The notes under the pieces: model-generated | Databases searched by the model: none | What the model saw: only the letters and a program-made list of their open reading frames with translations | Told to the model about the DNA's origin: nothing | Shown: positions 34,956-49,001 of the stretch, in pieces | How positions within the stretch are numbered: position 1 is the first letter of the stretch | Layout of the letters: each line of letters starts with the position of its first letter | Program-made: the position numbers and the translations under genes | NCBI GenBank assembly: GCA_045837725.1 | Contig: JBEWZL010000266.1 | Location: forward strand, 496,001 to 560,000 | Length of the DNA stretch: 64,000 nt | Direction: 5' to 3' | From: Vermamoeba vermiformis | Taxonomy: Eukaryota

Positions 34956-37900
34956 TTATTCAGTTGAACTTTTAGCGTTACGTTCGAGTTTCAGGTACGG
35001 ACAAACAACGTTATGTTGATAATCGTACCAATGCTTGGTAAAGCAATTTCGGCTGCAGTAAAATGATTCTTTGCATTTCTGACAAAATAGTAAGTCGGAC
35101 TCGGGGTCAGTGCAGTAGTGGCACATTTGCTCAAAATGCAGAACTTCGAAGCAGTTCTTGTTCGTCACTTTGATCGCTGATCGTTGGTCGCCTGCGATGC
35201 GAACATAGGGATTGTAAATTCTGATCCATTGACCGACTCTAATATGCATCAAACTTATGTCATCGTAAATCAATATGCGCGAAGTATTTCCTAAAAATAA
35301 TTAATAATTTCGCAATATTCAGAATTTTTTAAAAACTGTTACCTCGTTTGTCCTCAACGACAGTGAAAATTCCTTCAATTTTCGAAGGCGGTGCCAGAAT
35401 AAGACAATCAGTAAACCCTTCGTATATGAATTCTTTGGAAAAATCCAAGTCTTCGAAGAATAATTCTTGTTGGCGACTTTTTGTTGTTGGATCTGGTTGT
35501 CGCACGTGTTCAATTGAAGTACGAACTGTTACTGTCCCTCTTTCAACCAAAGTTTTAGAGTTTTGGTTTGTTATAAGTATAATATAAATACTTACTCTTC
35601 TACGGGAGTTGTTAGTATTTTGAGAGTGTCCTTCAATTTATTATGTTGATGAACGATCAATTCTTTTCTTCGTACATCGTTGATTTTGAGGAACGGAGGA
35701 CAACGATTCAAGATATTTTTGGACATGAGGTACATTGCAACTGTTCGTTTTTCTTCGAGCTCATCTTGTGCTCTTTGGAATAATTTTAACTGTGTTCTTT
35801 CGGCCAATATCCCTCGTTGGTACATTTCAAAAGTTTTCTGAGCCCGGTTGCTCTTCATGAAAATATCCGCTAAACAAAAATACGCTAAAAAATATTAGTA
35901 CATTTCAATAAATTTCTTCGCGGTTGATTACCTTTGGGAACCCAGTAGTGATCAGAAGGTGCTCTATTAATAAACGACAAATAAGTGTCGAGTGTTTTAG
36001 TTATTCGTGCTTTGTAAAATCTCAAATCGAGATTATACGGATCCTGCGCTATCGCCCAATGAATTATTTGTAATGCTTTCTGTGGTTCTCCAAGTTCGCT
36101 TAATTCAAGAGCCGATCTTGCAGCAACGTATGAGTTGGTTTTCATCACGTTTGGTAAATCGCTGGGCGGATATCGCAAGTAAAATCCGCAGACTGCCAAA
36201 TCAATTGGGTTAACTTTCGTTCCGTTCTTTAGCACGTCGTCAACAACCATCTTTAAATAATATTCGACATCTTCACTTAATTTCAGAAAATGGCCGCATG
36301 ATTGAATCGCTGAGCTGAACATCTCAAGAATATAATCATCGTGTGCATTTGTTTCCATTGTATATAACGTTTTAATTCCTTGCTGATAATTTTGCCATCC
36401 GATTAATATTCTGTGTGCTGTATCAGAAAAATCAGCTTGTTTCTCCAAATCAATAAGAGCGTCTTCAGTCATTTCAGCTGTCATAGTTTCTAATTTTGCC
36501 ATTTTTTCGTCTTGTTCGCACCAAGCTGAAAATAAACAGTAAGTCTACGAACAATAGTTTTTTTTGAATGATCACTTACACGCAATCGATGAGGTTTTCG
36601 CTTCTTGCTTAAGTTCTGCTTCAACGTCCATACTGAGCCCGCTCGCGACAGCTTTTTCATACAATTGACGTGCTTTTTCAAGGTTCTTCTTGACTCCGTG
36701 GCCGTCTCTGAATAAATCACCCATATTCGCGTACGCGCGAGCACACCCCTTTGCAGCAGCGCTTTTGAACACTTCCATCGCTTCTGAGTACTTTCTTTCC
36801 ATTTTTAACACACAGCCTAGGTTCAACTCTCCTTCAGGGAGCCCTAGATCCGCACTCTTTTGGAACCAGTATTTGGCCTCCGTTAAATCTAGCTCAACTC
36901 CCGTTCCTCGCATATACTTCATTCCTAATGCATTGTAACTTTCAACAACACCTTAATAATATTGCTAGTATTAGGGCAGGAATAGAGAATATACCAAAAA
37001 AGTGCTCGTACCTTGTTTCTTTGGGCTAAATTTCACGGCTCTTTTCAACAAATCTACAGCGGTGTATACATCTTGTTTGACACCCAATCCTAATGTGTAC
37101 AAATATGCCTGGACCAAGTCTTAGTAATTTGTTATGAAGATATTATTGGACGAAATCAACGTTACCAAATTTAGCAAGCCTTCCGGGTCTCCGGCATTTC
37201 CTGCTCTTTCGTAAAGTTTTGCTGCAGCTTTATAGTTCTTGTTGTAGTCTCGTTCAACATGGCCTTGCATAACTAATGCCGGAGGAAAATTAGCAGGGAC
37301 TGCTTCTGATAGAAACGAGTTCAGTTCAAAGTTTGGAAACTGCTTTTTCCACTACATAACAAACCATTAGTACTTATAATTTACTTATTCGTGCGAATCC
37401 GTTTTTGCACGAACAACGCAGGCAATTTGAACGAGCAAAACAATAAAAATTGCAAATCATTTCATCAGCATTAAATGACTTACTTTTTCTCTGTCTTCAC
37501 TTTCAGACTTCGGGTGATATCGCTCGTCTAAGTTCTCCTTAGCAGCTTTGTAGTACATGTTTTGTTTGACTTTGGCAATGTATTTTAAAATGTGGTAATC
37601 ATCAGGGCGAAGTTTTCGCGCCATTTCCAAACCTTATAAGAGTAATTAATTAACGTATTAATATTTAAAAACCTTTTACGTACTTAAAGCGGTGCCTTTT
37701 AAATCACCGAGCCACTCTTGCCCTTGAGCGTATCGATAGAATAACTTCGGGTTCATCTCAATCAATAAAGCCTTTTCTATGTTCAATTTGGCGTCTTTTA
37801 TCATTTCTGCTGTTGTGCCATCCCACAAGACGAGAGCTGCCATCTGATTCGAAGCGACTTTGACAAATATGTCACCCGGCAAATTGGGCATTGCAAGGAC

Positions 37901-38591
37901 ATGGTTGTAGTTGAGTAAAGCGTTCTTATAGTCTTTTGCCATAAAGTATTTGTTTCCTTCTTCTTTGAGACGGTTTGCTTGTGCCTCAGGCGAGAGTCCC
38001 TGCGACTCGTTCTCCAGATGTACTTGTACTTGTGAAACAGCTGGTTGGACTTCCGCCGTTGAGTTAGCTTTCTCCGTCTTTACGTTCGCGTGTTCTTGCG
38101 TAGTATTACTTGAAAGAGCTGTGTCAATGAAGGCGGAGTCTAATCCGCAATCGAGTAGAACTGTTCGCAGCTCTTCTTCAAGTGGCGTTTGATTTTTCGG
38201 CAATTCTACACCGCACTTGGCAAGTACTTGCTTAAGTGCCTTCAAATTTTTGGCTAGAACGCGGTCTTCCTTAATTCTTCGGTCAAGTTTGTCAAGCAAT
38301 CCGTCGATGAGCAACTCAGTCTTGGCGTCGGAGCTATCTTTAATTTGATAACGCTCAAAATGTGTTTTAAGAACGAAACTCCGAGCGAGGAGAACGTATC
38401 TCTCCAAAATAACCCTAGTAAAATCGGATTTAAAATCATTTTTAACAAAACATTGTTTAAAAAAATTGCAAGTAATTTTTTTTGAATTTGGTATCAACGA
38501 AGACTATTAATTGCGTTTGAATTATAGTTATTTTACGTAAATGCTTAAAAGAATTGAGACACTGATTCACTTACGTTGGATTTTCTTGCAT
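34956..38591 (-). CDS. TPR / SEL1-repeat / MYND zinc-finger protein
   Basis: ANRLKEEGNKYF (TPR); AKYWFQKSADLG, GVKKNLEKARQLYEKA (SEL1); CHYC..CQKC..YCSRNC..HW..H...C (MYND). Confidence 0.85.
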
Positions 38592-39027
38592 GGTTTAGAG
38601 AATAGCATAAATATCTGTATATAAACACGCACGACGCCATTTTATGTTGCCCAAAACGACGTGTTTGTTGGAAATCTCGCGACACGCTGGAACACAAACG
38701 TCAGGATCTGATGACGAATTATTTAATCGATCTAAGACTGGAGGTCTCCCATTGAAAACAAGATAGGGCATATTTATGTTTTGCGAATCAACAAAGTTTC
38801 GCGCATCTTTCTTTCTAAATCCGGCGAGAACGTAGAATTTAAAGCTCAAACAGAAAGTCCAGTAAAGAATAGAAGTGGATTTAGTAAAAGGACCGTTCAA
38901 GCAAAGAATTCAAAGTTTCGGTTTTGGGAATACAGGAAGGCATCGCATCCGTCAATTTATTTGCTGCATTTCATGAGCTATACCCCAAGAAAGTAAGCAA
39001 TTGATTGCTTAATCCTCGAGATTACTA

Positions 39028-42000
39028 ATGGCGCAGGCAAAAATTGTCCGCGTTATCCGACAACGCGCCTTTTCACGAAGTAAGCGTTGCTGATCAAGAA
39101 TCCCAAAACTTCGGCTATTTGGTACGCTAATGTTACTAGTGATTCGTTTGTACTTAATATTCAAACAGGATAACGGAATGGTGCTATCAGATCTTCCTCC
39201 CCAAGAAGATCCACTCGTCCCTGGTTTTACAGTTAGTCTTACTGTGGACGAACTCCTTCATCAGTCATATATTAAATACGATGCAAGCACAAATACAGTG
39301 AACTTCGATTGCAATATAAATGTGGTCGCTCCATATCAATACAGCAACCAAGCTGGCGCTGACTACGCTGAATGGGTACGTCGTCATGACCCTTCAGAAA
39401 TAATGCAACCAGGCGATGTTGTTGGCGTCATTAGCGGCAATCAAGGCATTACAAAGACCATACTTCCATCGTACGTAGTCAGCGTGATCAGTACTCGGCA
39501 TGCACTATGCGCGAATCTCCCACCACCAAATATTCGCCCGCAAGGAGAGCCAGTAGCGTTCAAAGGTCAAGCACCCGTCAAAATAATAGGAAAAGTAAGC
39601 TATTTGATTTGTGTTCTTTTGCGACTGACTTGGCTTCTTAGGTCAAACTGAACGATATCATCGTTCCGTCAGGTAAAAATGACGGCACGGGCATTGCAAA
39701 GCGATTTTGTAAGGACCCCGAGCTGATGAATCACGTTGTTGGCCAGGCTTGGGAAGAATCAAACGACGAAGGTGTCAAACTTGTCAATTGCATGATCGAC
39801 ATTAAGAGTCCAGATATTGGCGTAAAATGTGTGCTCTTCTTTTGTCCTATTGCAACTTCTAACCAGTAGCTCGCAGCGGAAGACAAGGATGAAAAGAAGC
39901 ACTCGCAGCTCCAGGAATTATCATGTTTAACTTGGCTAACAAGGATAACGAGAGTTCATTCATCGATGTGCATTTAGCAGACCCAACGGCTGTGTTTGCC
40001 GAGCTCAAAAACGTAATTCAGAGTCTACTGGAAGATGTGTCCGGGTTGACCGTCATAGTTTGGGTCGATAAATCTGCCGTCCCTGGATTCATCAAGACTC
40101 AATTCCTACGCGATTTTGGAGTACCCGATGCCCTCAGCGGAGGAGTAGCAATTACGGAAAAGGAATCCCTTGTACTTGTGGAAGAATGGAACCGAGATGT
40201 GTCGTACCCCAAGTACGAACCTACCGACTTTGACCAGCGAGTTAAGAGCGTGGTGGGAGTGAGTCAGAACCTCCTAGCAACATATGATCTTGCTAAACTG
40301 GACCGCCATGACAACCATACGATGATCATAAGCATTGATATTCCCCCACATGAAGTGTTGGACGTCAAGCGTGCAGTGAAGAACGCAAGTCTCACAAGCC
40401 TCATTATGAGATACCCTATTACCCGAGGATTTAGGACTAGCGAACGAGTTCAACTATATCAACTAAATCTCGATTCGCTTCCTCCTATCGATAAGCTTCA
40501 TGTAGCACGACAAGAGTTGTGGGCAAAGTCTGCGATTCCGCATGAAAACATACCGAAGGGCATCACGAGCGGCAGATTAAATATGGCTAATTCTTGGGAA
40601 TTGAAACCGTTTGAGCTCCCACAGTTGAAGGGTATGTACAATAGCTATGGGATCTTGCTGCAGTACTAACGTAATTACCAGAGCATGTCTTTGTAGAACA
40701 TTTAGAATGCAAGGTACGTGAGCATTAACTGCATTAACAATCTAACCGTTGTAGGCAATGGCACTTCAAAACGCTATCGCTATGCAACACGGAACCGCTA
40801 TATTAATCATGGGTGGCTTTACGTCAAACAATGACTTAAACGAGCACATTTACAAAGTCGTGCAAGATTCTTCAGGTCAGTTCAACAAATTCTTTTTGTT
40901 TAAGTTAACTTTTCTCCCGTAGGACATGTGCACAGTTTTATACAAATCAAATCAAACGCCTTCCGCTCGGACAGTTTGTTGTTTAAGTTGTCGAATAAGG
41001 AAGTGGCCGTACTTCACCAAGCAGAAGATTCAATCGATTTTTCAGTAATGCGGCCTGAAGGTCAGTTGCGGTTCTTATTATTTTTAAACTCAATCTAACC
41101 CACGTGATAGAGAGTCTTTCAACAAAGAGAATTGGGCAGGTTAGCATTAAAGGAGTACCAAAGAGCGTATGTCAGCATAACCAAAGCTATTACATTGCCA
41201 CGCAATTGGTGCATAAGCTCGCTGTGTACAAAGTGTCACTGGACTGTAAGTGAACTGCTAAAGCCAACGAACGAAACAACGCAGCAAACTGATTCATTTT
41301 CAGTGTCCTCTTGCAAGCTATTCGCAACACTTAATTACGTTGACATTAGTTCTGTTGAGTTTGTTCCTTCAAGTACTCTACACGTGCATGTCAATAACGA
41401 CTTATATCTGCTTGGTAAGACAATGTAAGTGCCTGTCATTCGTTAATATAGTACAGATGAATCTTCGTTCAAACGAAAGGCAACGATTCAAAACGTCGTC
41501 GATATTTCTGGCACGAAACTTTTACACTTGGAGCTGGTTAACAACAAAATGACTCTCCAACAAACTGATAGTAAGTCCATTTCTTACCGTGCTGCAATTG
41601 ACAATGTTGTAGTTGGCCGTTACTCTGAACCGACAACTATCGGAGAGCTTCTTGAAGTATTGCCTCGCACTAGATTTAGTTGCACCAAAATCAGTGAGAA
41701 CAAATACGCGCTGTTCGGCGGTGTTTCTCCAACGGGTGAAGTTTTGAACGATATCTTTACGTTCTTGGTCCAGCCACCAGATCCAATGAGACATTATACA
41801 AACAGTATGCGCAGCACAATATGATCTAAATATCCATAATCTCACATATACGTTGTCAGTTTGGGCTGCTAAGTTCAAGATTTTCTCGCAAGAGAAGAAA
41901 ACTCGCATTGTTAAGTACGAGCAAGATGCGATTAAAGCCAGCGAGCAAAACAATCACATCAAAGCAGCCAAGCTGTACGAAGGATTATCCAAAGCATGTC

Positions 42001-43687
42001 CTTCGTTTGACTACTACCTGAAGTTCGCTGATGCTCTGATAAGGTCTAAAACTGACGCCGAAATTTCTCACTTTCAAGCGAAAATTGAAGTGGCTATGCA
42101 ATTAGCGTCAGAATATGTTCAAAACTACGATGATAAAGTTCAGGTACGACAAGGAGTAGAAAGCGATAATTTGCCTGCTAATGCTTCGTAGGTCGATGAA
42201 GTAAAGGCAAGACTAGCATCAAAACTTCCAATATCAGTCCCGGAACAACTGAAGGTTTCCGATCAAGAATTAACTTCATCATTCAAATCTTTGGCAATTG
42301 CAACCGCAAGCAACAACTCATCAAGTTTACACGGACGATTCGAAACAGCCCTGATGAAATTAGATCAAATTGAGGCAGTGAAGTGTAGTAACTAGAAGTG
42401 TAGTAACTAGAAGGAGTTAACATCGAAGAACGCTACAAAACTTATTTGAGCCGGCCAAACGCTGAATTATTTGTTCAACATCTAGCAGAGAAATGCTGTA
42501 GCAACTCCAAGCTAGAACATTGGGCGATATGGCTGGTCAATAATTATGCGGCATTGCTGAAAAGCCTGTCGCTCCTTCGGCTTGCGATTCTGGAAAATCA
42601 ACGAAAGCTAGTGGACCAACTATTGAACTTACGCTTGACAAGTGATATCAATTCTCAGAACCTGATTACAAAAGACGACCAAGAAATAGCGGAGTTAGCG
42701 GCGAAGAAAGATTTTGCGTCAGTCATTAAGTTTTGCTACAATACTAATACCCTAAAGCCCATACACAAAATCGTCAGCGCAGCATGTACTTTTGCGAGCG
42801 AAGAATCGTTCAATTTATTGCTCGAACTTAAAGTACCCGTCGACGGAATGGATGCGATCCAAAAATGCATCGCAAGCATGTCAAAAACTGATTCGCAGAA
42901 GAGAATGCGAATGATAGAAAAAATTGTCAAAACGAAGGACAAACTTCAAGCAGATCAAATCTTATCTTGGACACTCAAGCGGCACAACCTTGATTGGTTC
43001 AACCAAATCTTTGGCATTCTTCGCAGAAGCTCACTAGATGAATCGGCAACCAAGAGTATACATCCGCTATTAGTCTTTTTAGAAGAAACACATAGCTGGG
43101 ACATTGATGACATCGAGCCTATTCTGCAAGTTATTGCCAACGAAGGGCATTTCAACGAATGCGTTCAAGTACTTGACAAAATATTTACCAACTTCAACAA
43201 ACACGATGACGAAGATGTGATAGTTGAGCTATTTAGAGTTTTGAATGAGCTTTTTCCGAACGTAGACTTAGTCGGAGCAGAGCCTAATCTTCTCGATTAC
43301 TTTTTAAAGCAAGATTTGATTGACGATGACCACGTTGATATTTTCTTCAAGTTCTTAGTTGAGATTGGATTCAGAAGCTGGAAGTTGACAGACGAAAAGC
43401 GCGGAAGAATTCTTGCTCGACTGAAGCGAATGGCCAATACGGCAACGCAAGATATTGTCAAGAAGACTTTCAGCAGCTTACCAGCGAAGTTTATTGGTCT
43501 ATTATTGCTCGATCTGCTAAATTCTGAAGAAAATTTATCCATAGAGTCGATCAAACTGGCTGAAGTTATCCGAAATCACGGCAAGATCCTCTTGCTTGAG
43601 GAAATCGACCGAAAAGCTTTGTTGCAGCTCGCTCAGCGCAAGAACATTTCATCGCTCATTGAGGTACTTCGAAAAGAAAATAAATGA
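39028..43687 (+). CDS. Large protein with N-terminal peptidase G2/intramolecular-chaperone-like domain, then kelch-, TPR- and ankyrin-like regions (continuity near 42380 uncertain)
   Basis: GADYAEW..PGDVVGV..VAFKGQAPVKIIGKV..DIIVPSGKNDGTGIA; later ILIMGGF, YALFGG and helical repeats. Confidence 0.6.
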
Positions 43688-43782
43688 TTGTGTTTAATAA
43701 TGAGATTTCCCTTGCCTGGCACAAATCGCCTGTTTCGACAAAAAAACATTCGAACGAATTTATTTCCGACAAAACATACACA

Positions 43783-45612
43783 ATGGATTGTGTAGATCAA
43801 TCAGAAAATGGACGCTATGTGGTCCATGATTTCAAAGACGTAGATAGCAAATCCGAGTCGGACTTGCTAACTGCGAGTGTCAGAAAGCAACTTTTTGATA
43901 TGGCTATAAAATTGCTTAAGCGGATAGAAAGTCGGTATGACGCAGCCACAGTCCCGTAAGTCGATCTTACCATCTAAAACCCAAACGATTTTCTTGAGAA
44001 TCCGATTCAGTATTTTGTATGTTAAAAAATTACATTAGTAATGTATAATATATGAGGGTAGAAAGGACTATTCTGTATATACAGGTAAGTGTGAAAAATA
44101 TTTTTGAATTTTCGTTTTAAATTCAATTTACCTTTATTTAGGCACCATGGGCATAGTCTTAATGTATTTGAAGCTGTTAAATATTCCTGAATTTTCGGGC
44201 TACGAAAATGAATTTGAAACGAAGATCCAATCGTTCATAAACAGTGCTCTTGCTGGATCACGAAAATATGAATCATCGGCAAGGTAAATAATATGTATTG
44301 CATTTAGTAATATTTTTCAAATATCGTATTCGACTTTTCGTTTGTCTAATGACGTTTTATGAAGATTGACGCCTACTTTCCATTGTGGTGAAGCAGGTGT
44401 GAGGACAATAGCCGCAGCATATTATAGCACTAGAGACACGAAAAAGAGTGACGAGTGTGCATCAAAATTAGTCGAAATGAGCAAAGCGGTGCTCGATCCA
44501 AACTACGAATCAAATGAAATGCTTTATGGGCGAGTCGGTACGGTTAAAAAATACCAAAAAATGCACAAAGCTAATTAAAAAACAGGATATTTATATTCAA
44601 TGCTTTATTTGAGCCGGACGCTCAACAATGAAGTTGGAAACAAAGTCGCATCCGTGATTGTTGCCCTTGGTGAAAAGTACATAATTTCTGAATAACTGAA
44701 ATAACCATGGATAATATATTTTTCTATATTATTTTGTACTAATATCAATATTTAGAATGGGTTCAAATGACGTCCCGTTGATGTACGAATGGCACGGCAA
44801 AAAATATTTGGGAGCGGCTCATGGACTCGTCGGAATATTACAAACGTTATTATTCACGAACGAAATGAACAACGAGAAGTCACGGACAGCAATAGTTAAG
44901 TCAATAGAATACGTGGCAAATATGGCACGAAAAGAACATGGCGCGTTCCCATCGAGAAGTACGACATTAGTTCACTCTTATTAATACTTCAAGTTATTTA
45001 CTAATATCGTTTATTTATAGACAAAGGCACTACTGACTTGGTGCAATGGTGTCACGGGCCAGTAGGTCCTGTCATGTTATTGTGCTTGGCGTACAAGGTA
45101 CGTGCTCACATCGATGTATTTCGAGGCAATTTTTCGGTATTTAATTCAGTCTTGTTTTAGATGTTCGGCACTAGTAGCTTCTTAGAAATAGCGAAACAAT
45201 GTTCCGATAAGATTTGGCGCGAAGGACTTTTAACCAAAGGACCCGGATTGTGCCATGGAATTAGCGGCAATGCGTAAGTCTTAAATAACAAGAAATAAAT
45301 ATGACTAACTAATGCTAATTTTAGATATACGTTTTTGACTATGTATCGAGCTACAAATGAAACGCTATATTTACATCGTGCGCTGAAATTTGCCTTGGCG
45401 TACGACAATGAAAAGTATCATAAGTTCCTAGGCACGCCTGATCAGTAAGAATTATTGATTATATATTAAATACTTAATAATAACCATATTTCCCTAGTCC
45501 ACAGAGTTTATACGAGGGAGAAGCTGGCATGGTTTGCTTGCTTGCGGATTTGCTGCATCCGGAGCAGTCGTACTTCCCTGGATATGAATTTTCTGCCACA
45601 TTTAGTCACTAG
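43783..45612 (+). CDS. LanC-like protein (LANCL2/GCR2 family)
   Basis: EMLYGRVGY, YEWHGKKYLGAAHG, QWCHGP, GLCHGISGNAY, SLYEG, FPGYE. Confidence 0.93.
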
Positions 45613-45773
45613 ACGACAATCATTGCTGTTTTATGGCAATAGGGCTTGGGATTGCGGCGTTGACTTAATTTGACCGAAGATGGCCAAAAATAGTGTGTAG
45701 ATTTTGTAACGTCTTTGATTATTTTTTAAATTTTACGAAGGCAACTTACAGTAAATTTAAATTGTCGAGGAAT

Positions 45774-48700
45774 ATGCGATCATTCTTTCAAAAGCTAGTT
45801 GCAAAGAAGAAATCCGAAAGGGATTTGACGAAATCAAAAGACGATGATTGTGATTACGCTCATAGAATAAGTGATGCAGAGACTTGGAATAAATTAGCGC
45901 ACGTTCCTCATGGTAAGAATCAATTAGGTTGACGAGATCAAATTTTTTAACGGCTAATTTTAAATGCTTATGGTTTTTTAAATGCAATCGAAAAACGGTA
46001 AAAAATAGCAAATAATATGAAATTATTTTATTAATGAGATCGCTAATCTTTGACTAGAATTCCAAATTTCTCGATCACTGATCTCCGTTCTAATTTTGTT
46101 ATTTTTAGAGCAAGCATTCGCACATACCGAAGTGATTAAAGTGATTTATCATTGCGTGGAAAATAAGTTTTATTTTCTTCAATCTGAAAAGTGGCCGTAT
46201 CACTACGACTTCGCAAAGAAATTTTTAGCATACAAACAATCCCTGTCTACTTTCAACGTTGAAATGTATCTTAACGAAGAGCGTTCATTTATATTAGCGA
46301 CTATTATTCACCACAGAGATCAAGTAAGTTTTTTTTCGGATTTGAAAAGATCGCATCCGAACCGAAATTTCCAACCATTGCAAATACAAAGATTAGGCAT
46401 AATATATTAACATGTTATATTTTTAGAATATTTATTCGTTAGAATTGTGGCCAGGTGATAATCTCAAAGGCCAAAAAATCGTGTTTTTGTTCAACGAGCT
46501 TTCAAACTGCGTGTTTTTCAGTGAACAGCTCCACGTGCGACCTACTTCATTGATTCATGAACAGCACATCGAACCAGTACGTAATAACATATAATTCTAC
46601 CATTGAGCAATACCTTTTCGGATGTAGATCTGATCGTGTTTTTCTGTTTAGTTCAAAGAAAGTCTGCGTATAGTGGAGAGTTCAAAGTTATTTGCAGGCT
46701 TGAAATATCAACCACTCACGCAAGGCATTGCTTTTGGAACGTTAAAGATATTCAACGGACCTGCTGCTTCGGTAAGTACTCATAATTATAACCATCTAAT
46801 CGCACCTAATTACCACTAAATCTCATAAAGTGACATTGTTTACTATTTCTTAAGAAAAAATTATTCTTATTGTAGCCATACCTTTGGATCTGCACAAAAA
46901 AAATTCAAGATTTTCTGGCGTTCCGCGTAGAAATTAATCACAAGTAAAATTTCCTAGTAATTACTGATGATTTTTTTTAGTTTGATTCGAAGCTGGTACG
47001 ACGAGATTGGGTCGTGGTGAGCAAAGAAGTGCCCGTTGATATTCCACCAGTAGCGGGCCTCATCACCGAACAACTGCAAACACCACTTTGTCACATTGCC
47101 TTGTTGTGTTCGAATCGAAAAACACCAAATATGGGTCTAGTTGATGCCATCAAGTACGTTAGTCACGTGGCTTTTTGTTTCGAAGTTTCCGAACTGAATT
47201 CTTTTCCATTAGGTCGTTGTCTCATCTCGAAGGCAAATTAGTCAAAATGGTCGTTGCATCACAAGAGTATAAAATTGAGGAGGCCAAGCCTGAAGAAGCT
47301 CAGTACGTACTTTTATAAGCCCAATGGTTCATATTTTCGAAAAAAATTTAATAGCAAATTTCTATTCTGATGGTATTACCCATTAATTCGGGGAATACTA
47401 AATAAATAATATAGGCACAAACGATAAATTATTTTTTGCAAACGACCGGTCGTTTTTTGATTTTAAGGGATTTGGTCTAAATTTGGTTTTTCAGTGAATG
47501 GAAGAAGAATTGGGAGGCGTCACTCAGAGCGGCAGCAAAAAAGAATTCGTTGAAATCTGACTTGAAAACCAAAGGATTGATAGCGATGAAGAATTTAGAC
47601 AAACATTCGGTCTTATTTGCAGGCAGCAAAGCAACGTCATTGGCCAGAATTTCAACGCTGCAATTGCCCAACACGAACAAATTTACGACTGACAACGCAT
47701 TTGTTATTCCGTTCGGATATTACGCCGATCATATGTTACCAAATAAGGCAATCGTGGAAAAATTGATGAAAAATGAAGATCCAGACGAAGATATTAAGTT
47801 ATTGCAGGAATTGCGTGACAATATTATGAAGCAGCCGTTAGACTCAAAAATGTTGGATGATTTATTCAACGCCATGGCCACGTGGGAAGAGAACGGAATT
47901 CTCAAACAGAGCAGCGGAGTTATTTTTAGATCGAGCACAAACGTCGAGGTATGTTAAAACACGCACAAAACTTTTGCACTTTCAAGATCCGGATCTGTAT
48001 GACAAGTCCTTAATGACACTTTTGACACGTGTCAATCTCATTTTTTCACGCAACTATTTTCCTTACGAGAAGGCAAATTGATAATTGGAACTTTTTTAGG
48101 ACTTGGAAGGATTCAACGGCGCAGGTTTGTATATCAGCGAATCATTGCCGCTCAAAGACGTGCTTTCCCGCCAAAATCTCGAAGCAATCGTTAAACGCGT
48201 TTGGAGCAGCGTGTGGAATTTGCAAGGCTACGAAGAGCGAAAGTTGTTCGGCCTGTCGCAATCTGAAGTGCAAATGGCGATATTAGTGCAGCCTTATTTG
48301 AAAGAACAGATCATTTGCAATGGCGTCGGTATAACCGCCAATCCTTTCAGAAAAGACTTTGACGCATTTTTTGTCAACGTGCAAGTCCCTGGCGTGTAAG
48401 TCACACAAAAACATATTTTCACTGAAAATCACTTTAATTGAAATTTCCATTTTTGCGGCCATGTTTCACGCTTGAATTGTGGCTAATACTTACGCGGTGG
48501 TGCAAAACATGAAGCTTTTGTACCGTTTTTTATTAATTTTTCCAAATTAGGAATGTTACTGATAACTGCGGAGGAGAAACACCCGAACAAATGTTAATTT
48601 ACGACGATAACGGTACGAATTGGATTTTACAAGATTTTAACTAATAAGGACATTAACAACGTTGTTTAGGTCCGTGCCCCGAATTGATTTCGCACAGCTC

Positions 48701-48896
48701 ATTAATGCACGGCAAACACATCCTGAGCACGCCTGATGTCAATCATTTGTTCCACATCTTCACGGCGCTCAATAAGAAGTTCGTCGATGGATCCTCACAC
48801 AACGCCTTGGACGTGGAGTTTTTGATCTTGAAAAATCCGCAGCGAGAAATCGTTTTATTGCAATCTCGTCCTTTTAAAGTTCACTATCACTATTAA
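45774..48896 (+). CDS. PEP/pyruvate-binding (PPDK/PEP-synthase N-terminal ATP-grasp-like) protein
   Basis: AGLITEQLQTPLCHIALL, AGSKATSL, FRSSTNVEDLEGFNGAGLY, VKRVWSSVW, MAILVQ, DVEF..LLQSRP. Confidence 0.85.
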
Positions 48897-49001
48897 TAAT
48901 TAATACAACGAAACAAATGTATACTACAGTAAACTGGTAAATTTTATTGTTCGGGTATGCCTCAAACCGAAAATTATTTAATGACAATTGTCAGATGCGT
49001 T

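Noticed and set aside
43783-48896. LanC-like gene plus adjacent kinase-like gene as a lanthipeptide cluster
   Set aside because: Ordinary eukaryotic LANCL; no precursor peptide or dehydratase; adjacency alone is weak evidence.
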